DNA of 63,998 nucleotides, counting the filler, from Porpidia crustulata (taxonomy: Eukaryota): the NCBI GenBank assembly GCA_964255105.1. It is 6 parts of 6 records of this genome, joined end to end, with 100 filler letters (N's around TTAATTAATTAA, not from the genome) between each part and the next. Parts side by side here need not be neighbours in the genome. Positions count along the whole stretch, not along the records: positions 10,772 to 21,438 come from CAXUWE010000741.1; positions 21,539 to 32,204 come from CAXUWE010000742.1; 4 more parts are not named here. One strand, given 5' to 3'. Below the pieces are notes generated by a model, which searched no databases, was not told the origin of the DNA, and saw only the letters and a program-made list of their open reading frames with translations. The translations under genes and the position numbers were made by a program. Of the stretch, positions 15,957-29,667 are shown in pieces. Each line of letters begins with the position of its first letter. Position 1 is the first letter of the stretch.

Positions 15957-16632
15957 TCTTTCGAGCACAATCTTGACTCTTGAGCTAGGAACCAAGATCT
16001 CTCGCCACGAATTCTACTGCTACGGTTTGTCTTGTGGTGGTACCTGGGTTAGAGGCGTAAGTAGGAGTATTTGTGTGCGTATTGGAAGTTTTCAGAGGCG
16101 CTTTCTTCTGTTTCGCGATGTGTCATCCTCCAACGTTGGCTTCTCATAAGAGAGGCCGTGGATAGCCTAATCATATCAAAAAGCGTGAAAAGTACTGTTG
16201 CAATTCTCTGGGATTGACCTACATCTAAGAAATTAAGATGGGCATGGCACGTCACCCTCGAGGAAAGACACAAACACAATAATGTATAACGATGATGCCG
16301 ACAATACATGACTGGAACTAGAACATACATTGGATACACTGCTCACACTTGGAGAATTAGTATGACAATGGGTTGCTTGGAAGTTGCACGTCAGTTTTTC
16401 GTACAATATCTCAGCTACTACGTCATACTTCAGGTGCGTAACTGTCATATGTAATATGACTAATCTAATTGGCATTAAGGTAAGTAGAAATGAAATCTAC
16501 TGTGAAGAGCACATCGATAATGATATAGTCACTAAATGATGTGTCTGGATGACTGGGTCTACCCTCATGTATTTCTATCTCCACTCTCCCAGTTGATGTG
16601 ACTCGAACGCTCTTCGGAGATCCACTGCAAAC

Positions 16633-18576
16633 ATGGCAGCAGTTTTGTCATATGAGGAACCCGGAATTATCACGATCCTTGTCCTGTCATCTTTCCTCTT
16701 GCTTCTGAATATTGTCAATTATGTGTTAGATAATCTCATCTACTGTGGACTTCTTGGTCAGATTGCAATCGGTACTGCGTGGGCCCAGGCTAATTTGCTC
16801 GGCGTGAGTTCCGAGACTTTCATTGTCCAACTTGGTTATCTCGGCTTGATTCTATTAATATATGAAGGTAAGTGGTATTGTTTCGTCCATGGTATATGTT
16901 AAAGTTCTGTCATAGGAGGGCTCTCAACGTCGTACTCTTCCGTGAAGGCAACCTTGGGTCTTTCGATTGCAGTAGCTATCACAGGAATAGGGCTTCCAAT
17001 CGCGTTGTCATATGTATTACGCGTGCTGGCGGGGGCGAGCGCTCTACAGGCATTTTCGGCCGGTGCAGCTCTCTGCTCGACAAGTCTAGGCACAACGTTT
17101 ACCGTTGTCGGGACTTCTGGCCTAAGGACTACGCGATTAGGAACTGTCCTGACAACCGCGGCCATGCTAGATGATCTTGTTGGCTTGATCATGGTTCAGG
17201 TCATATCCAACCTAGGGACTGCAACCACATCCTTCAATGTTCTAACAATCTTGAGGCCTATACTTGCATCTATTGGACTCGTAATTGTGATGCTATTCAT
17301 TTGCCGTTTTCTCCTTTTGCCGGTAACTACCTGGCTGAACAAGAAACGTGGGGAAAATCCATCAGGCTCCTTACAACTCCTGTTTACACGTAGTAGTACG
17401 GCACTCTCGATCCACACCGCCATTCTCTTTGGACTAGTGACCATCGCCGCTTATGCTGGGACCTCAAACCTTTTCGCCGCTTATCTTGCAGGTGCGTCAA
17501 TCAGCTGGTGGGACTCGGAGGTACCCCATACGTCTGTCGGAACAACTGAGCGGACGCCTACCATGAAGGCGACGGCCGGTTTGCCTCCACGACAAGTCCC
17601 GGCTGTAAGTGTTTCAGATGACTTGAGCATGCAGTGTGCAGACACCCCTCATTGTGGTCCAAAGGAAGAGCCTACGGCAGGGACATCCGATAAGAGACAC
17701 CAAGCTCCGAACCCGCAAGAGTTTTCGACGGACAGTGCTGCCCTAGCTGGGAGGACCATTTACTTAAGTTACTTTGGAGCAGTAGAGAATAGGGTTTTGA
17801 AGCCTTTCTTCTTCGTGAGTTGAGAGAGGACTTTTTGCCACTAATCAGATTTATGTATGGACACTGATTGAGATTTCCAGGCCTCAATTGGCTTCTCAAT
17901 CCCTATTACACAAATGTTTACAGGGCCAATCGTGTGGCGGGGCATAGTCTACACCGTTCTGATGGCCCTTGCAAAGGTGATGACAGGCGTCTGGCTCGTA
18001 CGCTTCATTTTTCCATTACCAAAGGCATTAAACCTTCTCAGCCTATCTTGGATGCCGAAGTGGTGCTATTGCAAAACGAACAAGCCTAAATCAAACATGA
18101 GAGAGCCTAGACATAAAGCTGGATCGACTCGATCACATGCCGAAGTCGGCGATAAGACTAACACGATATGTGCAACTGGCCATCAGCAGCAAGACGTTCG
18201 TCATGAATCACGGATAGATCGGGCTCAGGAAGCGACCATTGATATGGTACAGCCTCGAGTCAAAAGGTCCAAACCCCTTTCACTGTATCCTGCATCGCTC
18301 ATTGGGACTGCGATGGTTTCCCGCGGGGAAATTGGATTTCTCATTGCTTCTGTCGCAGAGAGCAAAGGTATCTTCGCACACACTTCTCCTCCAATGACTG
18401 CAGCGCGGGCAGGCGGCTCGGAGATTTTTTTAGTAGTCATCTGGGCGGTCATCGTATGCACGATTATCGGCCCCGTAGCTGTAGGTACTCTGACAAAAAG
18501 GCTACAGAAGCTCCAGACCGCAGAACGCGAGAAGCCGTCAGGCATCGATCCCTTGGGTGTTTGGGGTGTGATCTAA
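16633..18576 (+). CDS. Cation/H+ antiporter (Na+/H+ exchanger, CPA2-like)
   Basis: STSLGTT, AAMLDDLVGL, KPFFF|ASIGFSIP, SRGEIGFLIA motifs; two introns. Confidence 0.9.
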
Positions 18577-19881
18577 AGCAAGCAGACTACGTCAAGCTCG
18601 TAATTACTTACGAATGTGAACGGACACCTCCGGGCTCTAGGGCCGTCTATTTCGATCGGTTTTACATTGACATCTGGCTCCTGGTGTATGTACTGTAGGG
18701 GTTCTGCTTTGGCCTGAATGGATTGCAGGCCAGATCAGGCTGAGAGGAATCGTCACGTGATAATGATTGAGCCACAGTCGCCACGCACTTCTGACTTGCT
18801 CTATTCAGAGTCCAACATCAGAAATCTACCACATCATTGCAATGATTCGATCAGAACATTCCTCCGGAAGACAGAAATTCCTCTTCTGGCCTGCGGAACG
18901 TCAGCCTTGCAGCCGGCTGATGGGGGCTTTGGCTGCGCCACCCCCCCGCGGCTTGCGCATGCTCCCTGCACTAAACCACGGCGATAATCTCGACAACTTT
19001 TCGGCCATTGTAAGATCCATCTGCATGGCCGGCGCGAGTTGGATAGAATGTGCTTAGGGCGGTGTTTGAAGATCGGCTTACACGGTTCTTATCCATGGGC
19101 TTGTAAGGCCCGGTGCCTTGATCGGGCTAAACGCTCACTGCCTTGGCGCTCTGGATTTTCCTGAGGAGGGTACCATCAAAGCTGATGGTTTGAGAGCCTC
19201 ACGCAAGGCTATGGCTTCCTTATCGCCTTTATGCTTAAGCACCAAGTGGTACATCTCCAACTTCTGTTGAGAATCTGTTGATAGCCTCGTTGTAGCCTTG
19301 CGCCCGATTTGAACCGTATGTATAGCATAGCCATGAAGGAGCCGTTCATCCTCACGCTGCAGTATGGCTAATTTATTCCACTGCTTTCACCTTTCATTTC
19401 TTCATCAATTCTAAATTCATTTGCGCAGGCTCTATTGTTACTTGTATCACATCTCAACGAAGCTTTTTGCTCATTCATCAAGGACGTTTCCCATCCACCG
19501 TCTATTCATGCGAGCCTCGTCAACATAAGCACTTTCGATTCCTTATCGACTTGAAGAAATTCTCGAGAGCATTAAAAAAGGCAGTCTTCAAAGTGTTCAA
19601 GAAAGCAGTCCGTCTTCGGTTGCAAAGCTCTCCGAAAGAGACTTGACCCTTTCGACTCGCAGGTCACGAGGATTTTCCAGGCATCAGCGTCTGCCTGATC
19701 GCTGGACATCGCACCTTGTGCTAAGTAACTTCCTACCTCCATCTAGCGCGGAGTGCGTTCCCCTCTTGTGAATCATCATATCCAAGTACAGAGGATTGAC
19801 GTCGCCGCCGTTGGTTACAACGTCTTGTGGTCTCGTTATCTTGTCGAAATTCCCCCGTTTGGCCGCCTTAATTCCTCAGCT

Positions 19882-20667
19882 ATGTGCTGGCCCTTTGTCT
19901 CAGGCCCGAACCTTGTAGGCGGCGTGGAGGTCCTCGAGCGCCGTGCCAAATACCCTGGCGAACCTCGACGAAAACGCCTCAATTTTGTTACGTCTCACTC
20001 GCGCAACAGCTCAGACGAGTGGGACCTTGTGCGGCCAGGATCCGGTTTGGGGTCATCCCGAGGATCCTACAGGGGCGATGTACATCAGCGGCAATGGCCG
20101 CAGCCGCAGTATTTTCACCCACCACATGAGCAGCATCGAATCCAGCAGCAGCAACAGCCGCAAATCCATTACCCCGGCCATCCACAGCAACAGTTTATGC
20201 AGCCCCAGCAAGGACTGGGCTTCCACGGGCCCGGTCACCACCAGCAATTTCTTGAACCCCAACATCAACATTTCCACGAAGTGGTCCCTGGCATCCAAGC
20301 CATCGACTACCACAACGACAATGGCCACCCTGAGGAATTCAACCGTCCCCGTGGCGGCGGTGGCGGCGGTCTCTCCCCCCGCATCATCGAGCGTGAACCC
20401 CGAGCGCGCATGCCTCACAATTACCAAGCCCATCACCACCGCCTCCGGAGCCGGTCACACGGCCGCGAGCCCCGGCGATCGGGATCCGTGACGACGTATT
20501 CGGGGGATACGTATACCGATTACAGTCGGTCTCACTACGGCGGTGGCGGCAGCAGGAGGGCGCGGAGTCTGTACTCGGACTCGGAGACCACGGCGTTGGA
20601 CTACGAGCGGCCGCTGCGGCAGTATCGGCGGGACAGGTCGGGGAGCCGGAAGAGGTATTATCATTAA
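19882..20667 (+). CDS. Hypothetical Gln/His/Arg-rich low-complexity protein
   Basis: GC-rich open frame from ATG 19882 (MCWPFVSG...RKRYYH*). Confidence 0.6.
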   Translation: MCWPFVSGPNLVGGVEVLERRAKYPGEPRRKRLNFVTSHSRNSSDEWDLVRPGSGLGSSRGSYRGDVHQRQWPQPQYFHPPHEQHRIQQQQQPQIHYPGHPQQQFMQPQQGLGFHGPGHHQQFLEPQHQHFHEVVPGIQAIDYHNDNGHPEEFNRPRGGGGGGLSPRIIEREPRARMPHNYQAHHHRLRSRSHGREPRRSGSVTTYSGDTYTDYSRSHYGGGGSRRARSLYSDSETTALDYERPLRQYRRDRSGSRKRYYH

Positions 20668-20760
20668 TCTGGTACTACGGGGGCTTTAGTGTGGTGTTTT
20701 TATTAATGTGGTGGTTTCGATATTTTTTATTGATGGGTTTCTACTTTTCTTTTAATCACA

Positions 20761-21190
20761 TGGTACTATTATCATGTCGCGTCGACGCTTGGGTGTCACA
20801 GTACCTTCGTCCTTCTTTTATGTACAACAGCACTACTTTCTTACACTTTAATGCCAATGATACCCCCCTGTATTGCCTATCATTTACCCTTCAGCTTAGA
20901 ATTCCTTGAGGACTATCTTCCATAGACACAACAGCATTGATCTCGTGTTCTCAGTGTCACCTTCCCCCTTTATGCTACCCTTGGTATCATCAGGTCGCGT
21001 CGACGCTTGGGTGTCACAGTACCTTCGTCCTTTTGTGTACAACAGCACCATTTTCTTATAATTTAATGCCATCGATATCCCCCTGTATTATCTCTTATGT
21101 ACCATCCACCTTAGATTTCCCTGAAAAGGATCATCCATAGATATAATAGCATCGATCCCATATTCTCCGTATCATCTCACCCCTTTGTGC
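20761..21190. repeat. Diverged tandem duplication, ~218-bp period
   Basis: Identical 39-mer GTCGCGTCGACGCTTGGGTGTCACAGTACCTTCGTCCTT at 20776 and 20994; similarity continues ~190 bp. Confidence 0.9.
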
Positions 21191-21438
21191 ACCACGAGAA
21201 GAAGATTTCAGGAGTTCCCCAACCCCAGCCATTTCGCCGGCTCGCAAGCCGTATCGCCAAATCTTTCATGCCACGCCCTGAAACCAACCCAACCTATACA
21301 CATTTACACAACGCAATCTCCCGGTCTCACAGATATACCTGCTCCACTCCGTCCAACCACCCTTTCGGCCAGAGCCCGCTTAAAGCGATCCTCACAGTTT
21401 GACAAGTGCTCAACTCTCCATTTCGATCTCCCTCATCC

Positions 21439-21538
21439 NNNNNNNNNNNNNNNNNNNNNNNNNNNNNNNNNNNNNNNNNNNNTTAATTAATTAANNNNNN
21501 NNNNNNNNNNNNNNNNNNNNNNNNNNNNNNNNNNNNNN
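21439..21538. other. Artificial contig linker
   Basis: N44-TTAATTAATTAA-N44. Confidence 0.99.
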
Positions 21539-21854
21539 TGTTATTCTACCAAAATAGTTATCGTCGTAAATTAGGGCGGCGGCGACGATGCGAGTGTAAT
21601 TTTCCAGTAGCTGGTCTCAAGAGTGTTCAGGATGGGTTGTAATATAAGGTTGGTCAAGAAATACGAAAGATCTCTATGCGTTCACAAATTAGAGTCGCTC
21701 GAAATGAAAGTACCTATAGTTTGTCTCGTCACAGGGTGCGTCTCTCGACGCAGGGACGGACGTTAGCGGAGTTAAAAGGTTCAGCCCTACATAAAGCAGA
21801 TCTATCCCTGTGCCAGTTCAGTAAGTAGCCATAACCAAAAGCGGACATTATGTA

Positions 21855-23048
21855 ATGTCCATAGACATTGACTGGGACTCTCTCACAACAGGGCCAGAGG
21901 GCCAGGAGCTCGCAGAGTCCATCAGAGACTTTGTTCACGATAAGTTCCAGCAGGTCGAACTTCCACGGTTTATTCGCTCCGTTCAGGTGCATTCCTTCGA
22001 TTTTGGAAAAGAATGTCCGGTGGTTGAGCTGAAGGATATCTGTGATCCCTTGTCAGAGTTCTACGACAATGACGACGAAGAGGAACAGCAAGAAGATGTA
22101 GATGGACTCGTTGAAGAACCAGTCGTAACTGCGAGGACTTCTCCTGGCAACCAACGGCCCAAGAATGGGTTCTCTCAAGATTCCACTCTGTCATCAAGTA
22201 TAAAGCGCCCCCCTTTCATTGACACCCGACTACCTGGCCTACGTCTTAGCAATCTCACTCATACCGAGCATATCACAACGCCTTTCCTCTCCCGATCCAA
22301 TACCCCAGGCATCCCCGGTGGCACCTCAAACCTCAGCTACTTCCACCTTCCTTTGAGCGCAGGCCTGTCAGGCTCCCAAACACCACTGGCTGCCGTTGCA
22401 GGAGGTCATCCGAACCCCATCAGCTGGCCAGACCACCGGTCTTACTCTCGACACCATTCGCCCGAGCAACGAGATCAGCATCTCCTCTACGCCGACCCTT
22501 CGTCGCGGCCGTCTACCGTCAAGTCCTACGTTTCCCACAGCCAAGAGCGCTCAGAGGAAGAAGCAGTCCATGAAGAGCCTCCGTCCAAGCGGCACTCCCC
22601 TGATCCTTCCGACCTCCAAACCGTGCTACACATATCCTACAGCGGCTCGATCCGCCTTTCTATCACGGCGGAAATCCTTCTCGATTACCCTATGCCTAGT
22701 TTCGTGGGCATCCCGCTGAAGCTTAGCATCACCGGTCTCAGCTTTGACGGTGTCGCACTGATCGCATATTTACGTAAGCGCGCACATTTCTGCTTCTTGG
22801 GCACCGAAGACGCGCAGACGTTAGTTGGAGTCAACGGAGAACATGGAGCAGACGCGAGGGAGCAGGGAAACGACAAATTGGGCGGATTATTAAGGGAGAT
22901 AAGGGTGGAAAGCGAAATTGGGAGGAAGGAAGGAGGCAAACAGGTATTGAAGAATGTGGGGAAGGTGGAGAAGTTTGTCCTGGAGCAAGTGAGGAGGATC
23001 TTCGAAGATGAATTTGTGTGGCCGAGCTTCTGGACGTTTTTGGTATAA
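21855..23048 (+). CDS. MDM12: ERMES complex subunit Mdm12
   Basis: MSIDIDW...LPRFIRSV...ILLDYPMPSFVGIPLKL...VLKNVGKVEKFVLEQVRRIFEDEFVWPSFWTFLV*. Confidence 0.97.
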   Translation: MSIDIDWDSLTTGPEGQELAESIRDFVHDKFQQVELPRFIRSVQVHSFDFGKECPVVELKDICDPLSEFYDNDDEEEQQEDVDGLVEEPVVTARTSPGNQRPKNGFSQDSTLSSSIKRPPFIDTRLPGLRLSNLTHTEHITTPFLSRSNTPGIPGGTSNLSYFHLPLSAGLSGSQTPLAAVAGGHPNPISWPDHRSYSRHHSPEQRDQHLLYADPSSRPSTVKSYVSHSQERSEEEAVHEEPPSKRHSPDPSDLQTVLHISYSGSIRLSITAEILLDYPMPSFVGIPLKLSITGLSFDGVALIAYLRKRAHFCFLGTEDAQTLVGVNGEHGADAREQGNDKLGGLLREIRVESEIGRKEGGKQVLKNVGKVEKFVLEQVRRIFEDEFVWPSFWTFLV

Positions 23049-23937
23049 TCCAAGATGAGCATCTCACTCTCCTAGTGCCATCTGTGATACTTAGAGCTCT
23101 TGAGCGAGACGAAATTCTTCACGATTCACAGTTCGACCGAGAAAATATTTCATCATCGGAGTCGTCACCACGAATCCAATACAATCAAATCAATTTCACA
23201 AAGAGTCCTATGGGTTCTGCGTCTGCTGTAACGTGCAGACTGCAAGTTTGGGGAGTACAGCACCAAGTGACGGCAAGCTTCATGAGAGGACCGGTGGAAA
23301 TATTTGGTGGACGGAGCAAAGTTCTCTGACCGTCTTCGACATGCGGACGAATTTGATATTGTGACTTGTGACCATCTGGTACCTGTCGCCGCCTACTTTT
23401 TGTGTTTGGGGCATAGGGATGGTAAGTTATTGACCTTCAAGGCTGGATTTCAGATCTATGTGGAACGTCTCATGATGGCACCGTGCAAAATCTGTCATTG
23501 GAAGGCAAGCCGGTATTCAGGTCCCTATTGTGCTGTACATCGCCTGAACTGGGTCTTACTCGACAGTGTGAAGCATAGGAAAGAGCCCCATACGCGTCAG
23601 GGAAACCTAGATATTTTCCGTCAAACTAGCCCAAGCACCTTCACTGAAAATAGACAACGTTTGATGTTCCTCAGTAATTGAACGTATGGGCCATCATAGC
23701 ACAAGGTAAGAATTAAATTGATTTCGTTCCCTTGCGCAGATTGTTGAATCAAATGTGTGGAGAGTATGCGGGACTTCGCTCCAGAGCCCAGAAGCCCTCC
23801 ACTCACCTTGTGTCTTTCAGACGTCACTTATTTTGTCACCCAATACTTGTCACGTCAACAAGAGCCCAGAATCTAAAAATTCAATTGATGGAATACAGCT
23901 CCTATAATCATAGCCTATCGCGACAGAGAGGCTGAAC

Positions 23938-24654
23938 ATGGCTCAGGAGTCCTCGCTAGAAGGAGGTTGCTCTTGTGGGCGGAATGAGTACCTCATTTTC
24001 ACACCGTTACTGGCAAATGAGTCCTTGCAACTCGTCCTTCACAGCGAAGCTGCATCTGGTGAATAACCGAGCCCTTACATAATTCATACGATATTAATAA
24101 AGATTGCAGGTCGAGCACCTTCCCTCCGCATCCCTCTCACACAAATACACAGTACTACACAGGCCTACTATCCAGGTGAAACGCACAATGCCATTCGCCG
24201 CGTCTTCAGTCCCAATCATGCTCCCCATTCTAAGCGGCACTTTTGTGGTTTCTGCGGGACGCCGTTGACGTACTGGAGTGAAAGTCCTCAAGAGGAGGCT
24301 GAATGGGTTTATGTTAACTTGGGTAGTTTAAGGAACAAAAGTGTAGAGGCGCTGGAGACTGCTGGCTTTTTCGCTGGAAACGAAGAGGCAAAGATAGACA
24401 CTCAAGTGGCCAAGACAGGACATGGAAGGGAGTTAAAGGGTACAGCGTGGTTTGAGGAGATGATTGAAGGAAGTGAGCTAGGCAGGATGAAACGAAGGCG
24501 AGAGGGACAAACCAGTCTAGATGGCAGAACCAAGGTGGAGTGGGAGGTCGTGGAATTTGATGGCAATGATGGAGAGGAAATTGCAAGTGGTGAAAAGAGA
24601 AAATTGGACCGAGTTGGGGAAGGGGATGATATTGCGATGAGCAGTGGCCGGTAA
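23938..24654 (+). CDS. GFA/CENP-V (Mss4-like) zinc-binding domain protein
   Basis: LEGGCSCGRNEY in exon1, intron 24059-24109, then KRHFCGFCGTPLTYWSE. Confidence 0.75.
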
Positions 24655-25398
24655 GAGCACTCGACCCAAGTCATGTTACCAGATTCGGTGGCGGCTTTAG
24701 TCCTCAGGGCCGCACATGCGCGTTGGAAGGGCGAGTAAGCTAAGTCGCAGCACCTCTCTGCAACTATTGTTACTCTTCGCGACTATATGAAGCGCTTTTT
24801 TGATCCCAGAAATGGAAGACAGATCTGTACATCTCCTAGGACCATGAACGTTGAACAATGGCTGCCTTGCTAACATTTCAAGGTGATTGGGAAGACTCAT
24901 TCTTTATGCAATGCCGTTCACCAATTTAAACTCGGCCTTAGCATACGTTGGAATACTGACAGCTTGACTGCCGTATCGGCGTACTGGAAGCAGATTTGGT
25001 CTAGATTGTACAAGGTGGGCTTGAAGTGTAACGAATGTGGACAGTGTGAGCTTCCCAGGACAATATTGACCACGACTCGATACTATTTCTAGCCCTAAAC
25101 TCCTTCACCGTTGAACGATTGTAGGTGTTGACGCGTTTATTTTGATATGCCCCCGTTCTGTTTATCCTTCAACTTCGTCCTTCTTACCAACGTTACCACA
25201 CCAAACGCAGCTCATCAATCCTCTGTTTAAAGATGGTAAAGCTTGAGAGGTAGATCTAGCCTTCATGGAGTAGTCGTGAGGCTCAATAAATCATTCGATT
25301 CTGCTTCAGCAAGTTTGGTCACTTTCAATCACGACTTTGACAGCAAGACTTTACTCTCCCCACATTTCCACCTGAAAGCACTCGTCTTGTTCATCAAC

Positions 25399-28300
25399 AT
25401 GGGGACCTTGACCGATATCACGGCCAAGACAAACAATGCAATCGTACAACAGTCGAGTAACTCTGCGGTCTCGCAAGCCGCGAAATTTCCAGCAACTGGC
25501 GAAACCCTCGGTAAATCTAAATCACCTCACTTCATGTCACCAACAGTTTCCTCTACCAAACAGAGCATTACGACATGGAACAAAAGCAAAGATGACACCC
25601 CAACCCCGCCATCTCTGGCCTCTGGGAAGGGCAATAGCTGGATGGTAACAGCTGCGAAACGCGTTGGTATCAAACGGTCTGGAGATGGCACGCCTCGATC
25701 TAGAAAGGAGGGCCTCAAGAAGCAACCGAAGACTCCATCAGCGCTCACTTTTCCGGATAAGGTAGGCTTCAATTTATGTCATTCATGCGTCCCGAGTATC
25801 GATACTGATATCTTTACCAGTTGGCTACACCTTCGCATGGCCAGCTGCTAGACTCCGCACCCGCGGTATTAGCCGAAGTCTCAAAGAAGAATTCAGGGGA
25901 AAAGCCTCTTCCAAGCCCTCCAATTGCTCAAGTGGTAAAGGTTAGTCCAACGAAAGAGGCTCGAAGCCTGATTGACGCAAGTGAGAAACCACTACGTCGT
26001 TCGCCGCCCGGCATGCCTCATCATGAGGAGGAGTGGCCTGTCTTGTTTCCAGAGAAACCTAAAAATCCCGGTACACTCCCTCAGATGACCCACAGGGACA
26101 GCGCAGGAGGATCACCTAAGTCTATCAAGCCCCAACAAGAGCGATACCCAGTATTATCAAGCGCAGCCTATCATCCTATGACGGACTTAGAAAAGTCTAC
26201 GAATATGCTACCGCCAATGTGGAAGATTCAACGCAAGGAAGTTTCTTCCATTGATTCGCGCATTCCACTGAGTACTAGCCTCGATAGGCAGAACACAGGA
26301 GTCCTCGTAGCGACTAAGATGAAAGAAACAGAAGAGGAACTTAACACAAAACCTAACCTTCTTGCAGTTGAGGGTGTAACAATGACCTGGCCTTCGGATC
26401 GTTCATCCGGAACTGCAGCTGTTGGAAAATTTACGGACTCGAAGCCGATCAGCCAACCACGTCAGACTCGAACTTCATCTCTCCGTGCTCGCCTTTCAGC
26501 TGGCCAGTTGATCAACGGCCCTGCCGGAGAGAGTAAACCCATCGGCTTGACTAACTTCAATGGCGAAATCAAACTGATAGCTCCACCAAATAAAGGCAGC
26601 GCACGTGTTAGGGGCCCTCATAATCGCTCAGTCAGCCCTCTCGGCGCTCATTCACACGCAAAAACTTCTAGAGACTCTGTTCATGGACACCGCGCTCCTG
26701 CGCAATTTGTTGCTGGTAGCCGGCGACCAATACATCGCCGTCCGAGCAGTCGTGGTAATCTTCGGAGCGACTCCAGAGCTTCAAGCCCGCCGCTTGTTCC
26801 TCGACCACCCTCCCGGTCTGCGCCAGAGACCCCCAATCTTATTCAGGGATTGCATGAAGAGGCCATGAATGATACCGTTATGCCTAAGAACGATGGACAG
26901 AGACGCAGTTCAATTCCAGTCCTCCGTCCCATAGCCTCCAACACGATTGACAGCGTCAAAGACGGGCATGTCGTTCTACTTAACGAGAAAGCGTACGCTC
27001 ATTCTCAAGACATATCACGGAATGAATTCAGCATCTATGAAGATAAGCTTATGCACTATCCAACAGCTTTGCAGGCGATTAAAGAATCTCCGAGGCTAAA
27101 CTACAAGACCAAGCGGCTTTCTATGACCTCGCCAGAGCATGGCCCGATTCTAAGAATTTCACCATCCGCGGAAAGGCTGATCATGGGCAGTGGTTCTGAC
27201 AAAGAGAATCAACCAGATGCCAGCAAAAATCAAAGTAACGATATCCAGCATGATCCTGTGGCTAGCAGCATAAAGAATGTCAAGGATCGATATGCGAGTA
27301 CGGTACTTAAAAAGCCAGTACCACGCCCATCCTCAAGCCAGGGCCTCCCGCAATTTACCTTCCGCCGTGGCCTAGTAGATGCTGAATCAAGGCAGAAGAA
27401 AGTAAAGAGTGCCGATATGAGCTATTCACCGCCAGTCATCAATGTAGCCCAACACTCTATGCCATTGACAAAACATACAAGTCGTAAGCCTACTAGGTCT
27501 TCCACTCCCGATGACCCATTCTATGACATGGCTACGGGGTCAGGAAGTGCTCTTAATCGCGTGGGCCCTATCTACGAAGCTCAGACTGAAGCGCGTGACG
27601 AGGATCTCATCAAATCTAGCGGAGAGGACTCTTGGATCTCACCTCTAGTCAACCATCATAGTATATCGTGGAGTAACGCAACACCTGTTCACTCCGAATA
27701 CCTTCCCGCTACCCTCCAAGAACATCTCAGCAAAGAGATTCAAGGTGACCATGAAGGTTCAGCAGTCCAAACCGATTTCTGTGAAGCTACGAATGATTCT
27801 GGTAATCCAATTGCAGATGTCGGTAAAGTAAACAAAATCCTAGGCTTTCCAGTCACACCCACGCAAATAGAACGCGCTGCTGGAACCTTTCATTCTGATA
27901 GCTTTCCGCCAAGAAGCTCTTCTCACGCTACTCATCCCGATCACACTGTGAATGGCTCTGCTATATCCTCTCCATTGTCGTCTGTGGCAAAGACAAATAA
28001 CGTCTGGCAGAAGTCGCCACCAAGACCTGAGGTAGATTCTGCTACGGCTTCGACATTGTCTGAGGTTCGTCGGCACGAGCTTGCAGTCATGCGAATTCTT
28101 AGCTCGTCCCAAGGCGACAATGGTGCTTCAACTTCGAAGCGTGATTCAACGGCTCGTGATTCTAGCAAATCTCAGGGCTCCATGTCAAAGGGCATGATAT
28201 CTAACTTCCGTGGTCTATTCAACAAGCGCTCCTCTAATAATACCGAACCAGCTTTTGGGAAGCCGAACAAAAAGGATAAGCAAGCTCGCGTCACTTCAGC

Positions 28301-28718
28301 TGGAAGCCCTTTTCCCAAGAAATCCGAGCCTACATCTAAGACCCAGCCCCTACATCGTCCAACCTTAGCATCCACAAACCGATCCAAATCAGTAGCGGCC
28401 GATACTGGGAATCACGGACCAGCGACCCCATCTCTTGCTTCACCTATACCTTCGGGGGTTTACAAGACTACGGCACTAGCAATGGAGATTCTTGACTTGG
28501 CTCGTTCTGAGCGGTCGCCTCGGAAGCAGCAGCGATTCTTGGAACTCGGTCGAATCATGGTGGACGCAGCCACGCAAGCCCGCGACGTTGAGAAGGCAAT
28601 GGAAGAGGCAAAGCAGGCGGCTCGAAAGGCTGAGATGGCGTGCACGATGTGTATGAAAAGCTTGGATGATGTAGCGAGAAGTGTAGAGCAGTGGAGGGAT
28701 GAAGTGGCTATGATGTAG
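25399..28718 (+). CDS. Large Ser/Pro-rich hypothetical protein with C-terminal coiled coil
   Basis: Exon 25399-25761, GT-AG intron 25762-25820, 965-codon open exon; C-terminal ARDVEKAMEEAKQAARKAE. Confidence 0.8.
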
Positions 28719-29667
28719 TGATGAAAAAGTAAGAGTGTACAAAACGAAAATGTTGGAAATTTCGAGGCAGGAGGAAAGAAGGCTTCGAGTCGCACCTGGT
28801 AAGGATGTCGCAGGATAATTTCGAGAAGTATCGTTTGGCGGTGTCACAGAAACGTGTGGAAAAGGTCATTTTCACATTTGCCAGGTGTTTTGAATTTCTT
28901 CTCTTTTCTTTTTCTTTTCACCCTATGCGCTGTTATGATAGATCGTAGCCCCAGTTGCAGAAAATAACAGGATGATCTTACGAGCGTACTTCATGTGTCT
29001 CGATATGGTGTACGATAATTCTAATCGTACGTATCAAGGATGTGTCCGTCTCAACAAGATACCATCTACGCGGCGATTGAAAAAGGAGCAAACCCCCTCC
29101 TGGACAGAAGGGGACCAAGGGTACAGCATTATGCCACGATCTGGCTTCTGACTTCCCCTGTGTCCCACTAGCTGTAAATTCCCATTAAATTGATTTCCCA
29201 GAATTTCCGCGAAAAAGATTCTCCGCGCTCGTACCAGTACCTCTTTGAACAGTGTGAAGCTGAATAAATTTTATGGTGGAGTTTTGAACGTATGATCATT
29301 ACCATTCTTGGGTATGTCGAGCTGAAGACAAGGGTTCTAGCCCTATAATGCCATCGAGTACAAAGTAAGTGGATAGGAAAACGCTACACATTGTGGGGAG
29401 CGCATAGAACATCATTTGTGCGCCTTGACAAGGATGAGATAATCATGCATCTCAAATTCATATGTATGATAATGTCAGGTCGTACAGAAAGACGTGGTAA
29501 GATCTTGCGAGCGCTAGAATTGTTCTGAGGCGCACTTTTGTTTAGTGACGAGTCAATTCCACTCTATGTCTCTCTGTGTCTCTACTGGAATCTTGTTATC
29601 CTCAAATCTATCAACTTCACGAATTTGCATTCTATTCTGAGAGGTCCCAAATCGCGCATTCTTCAAA

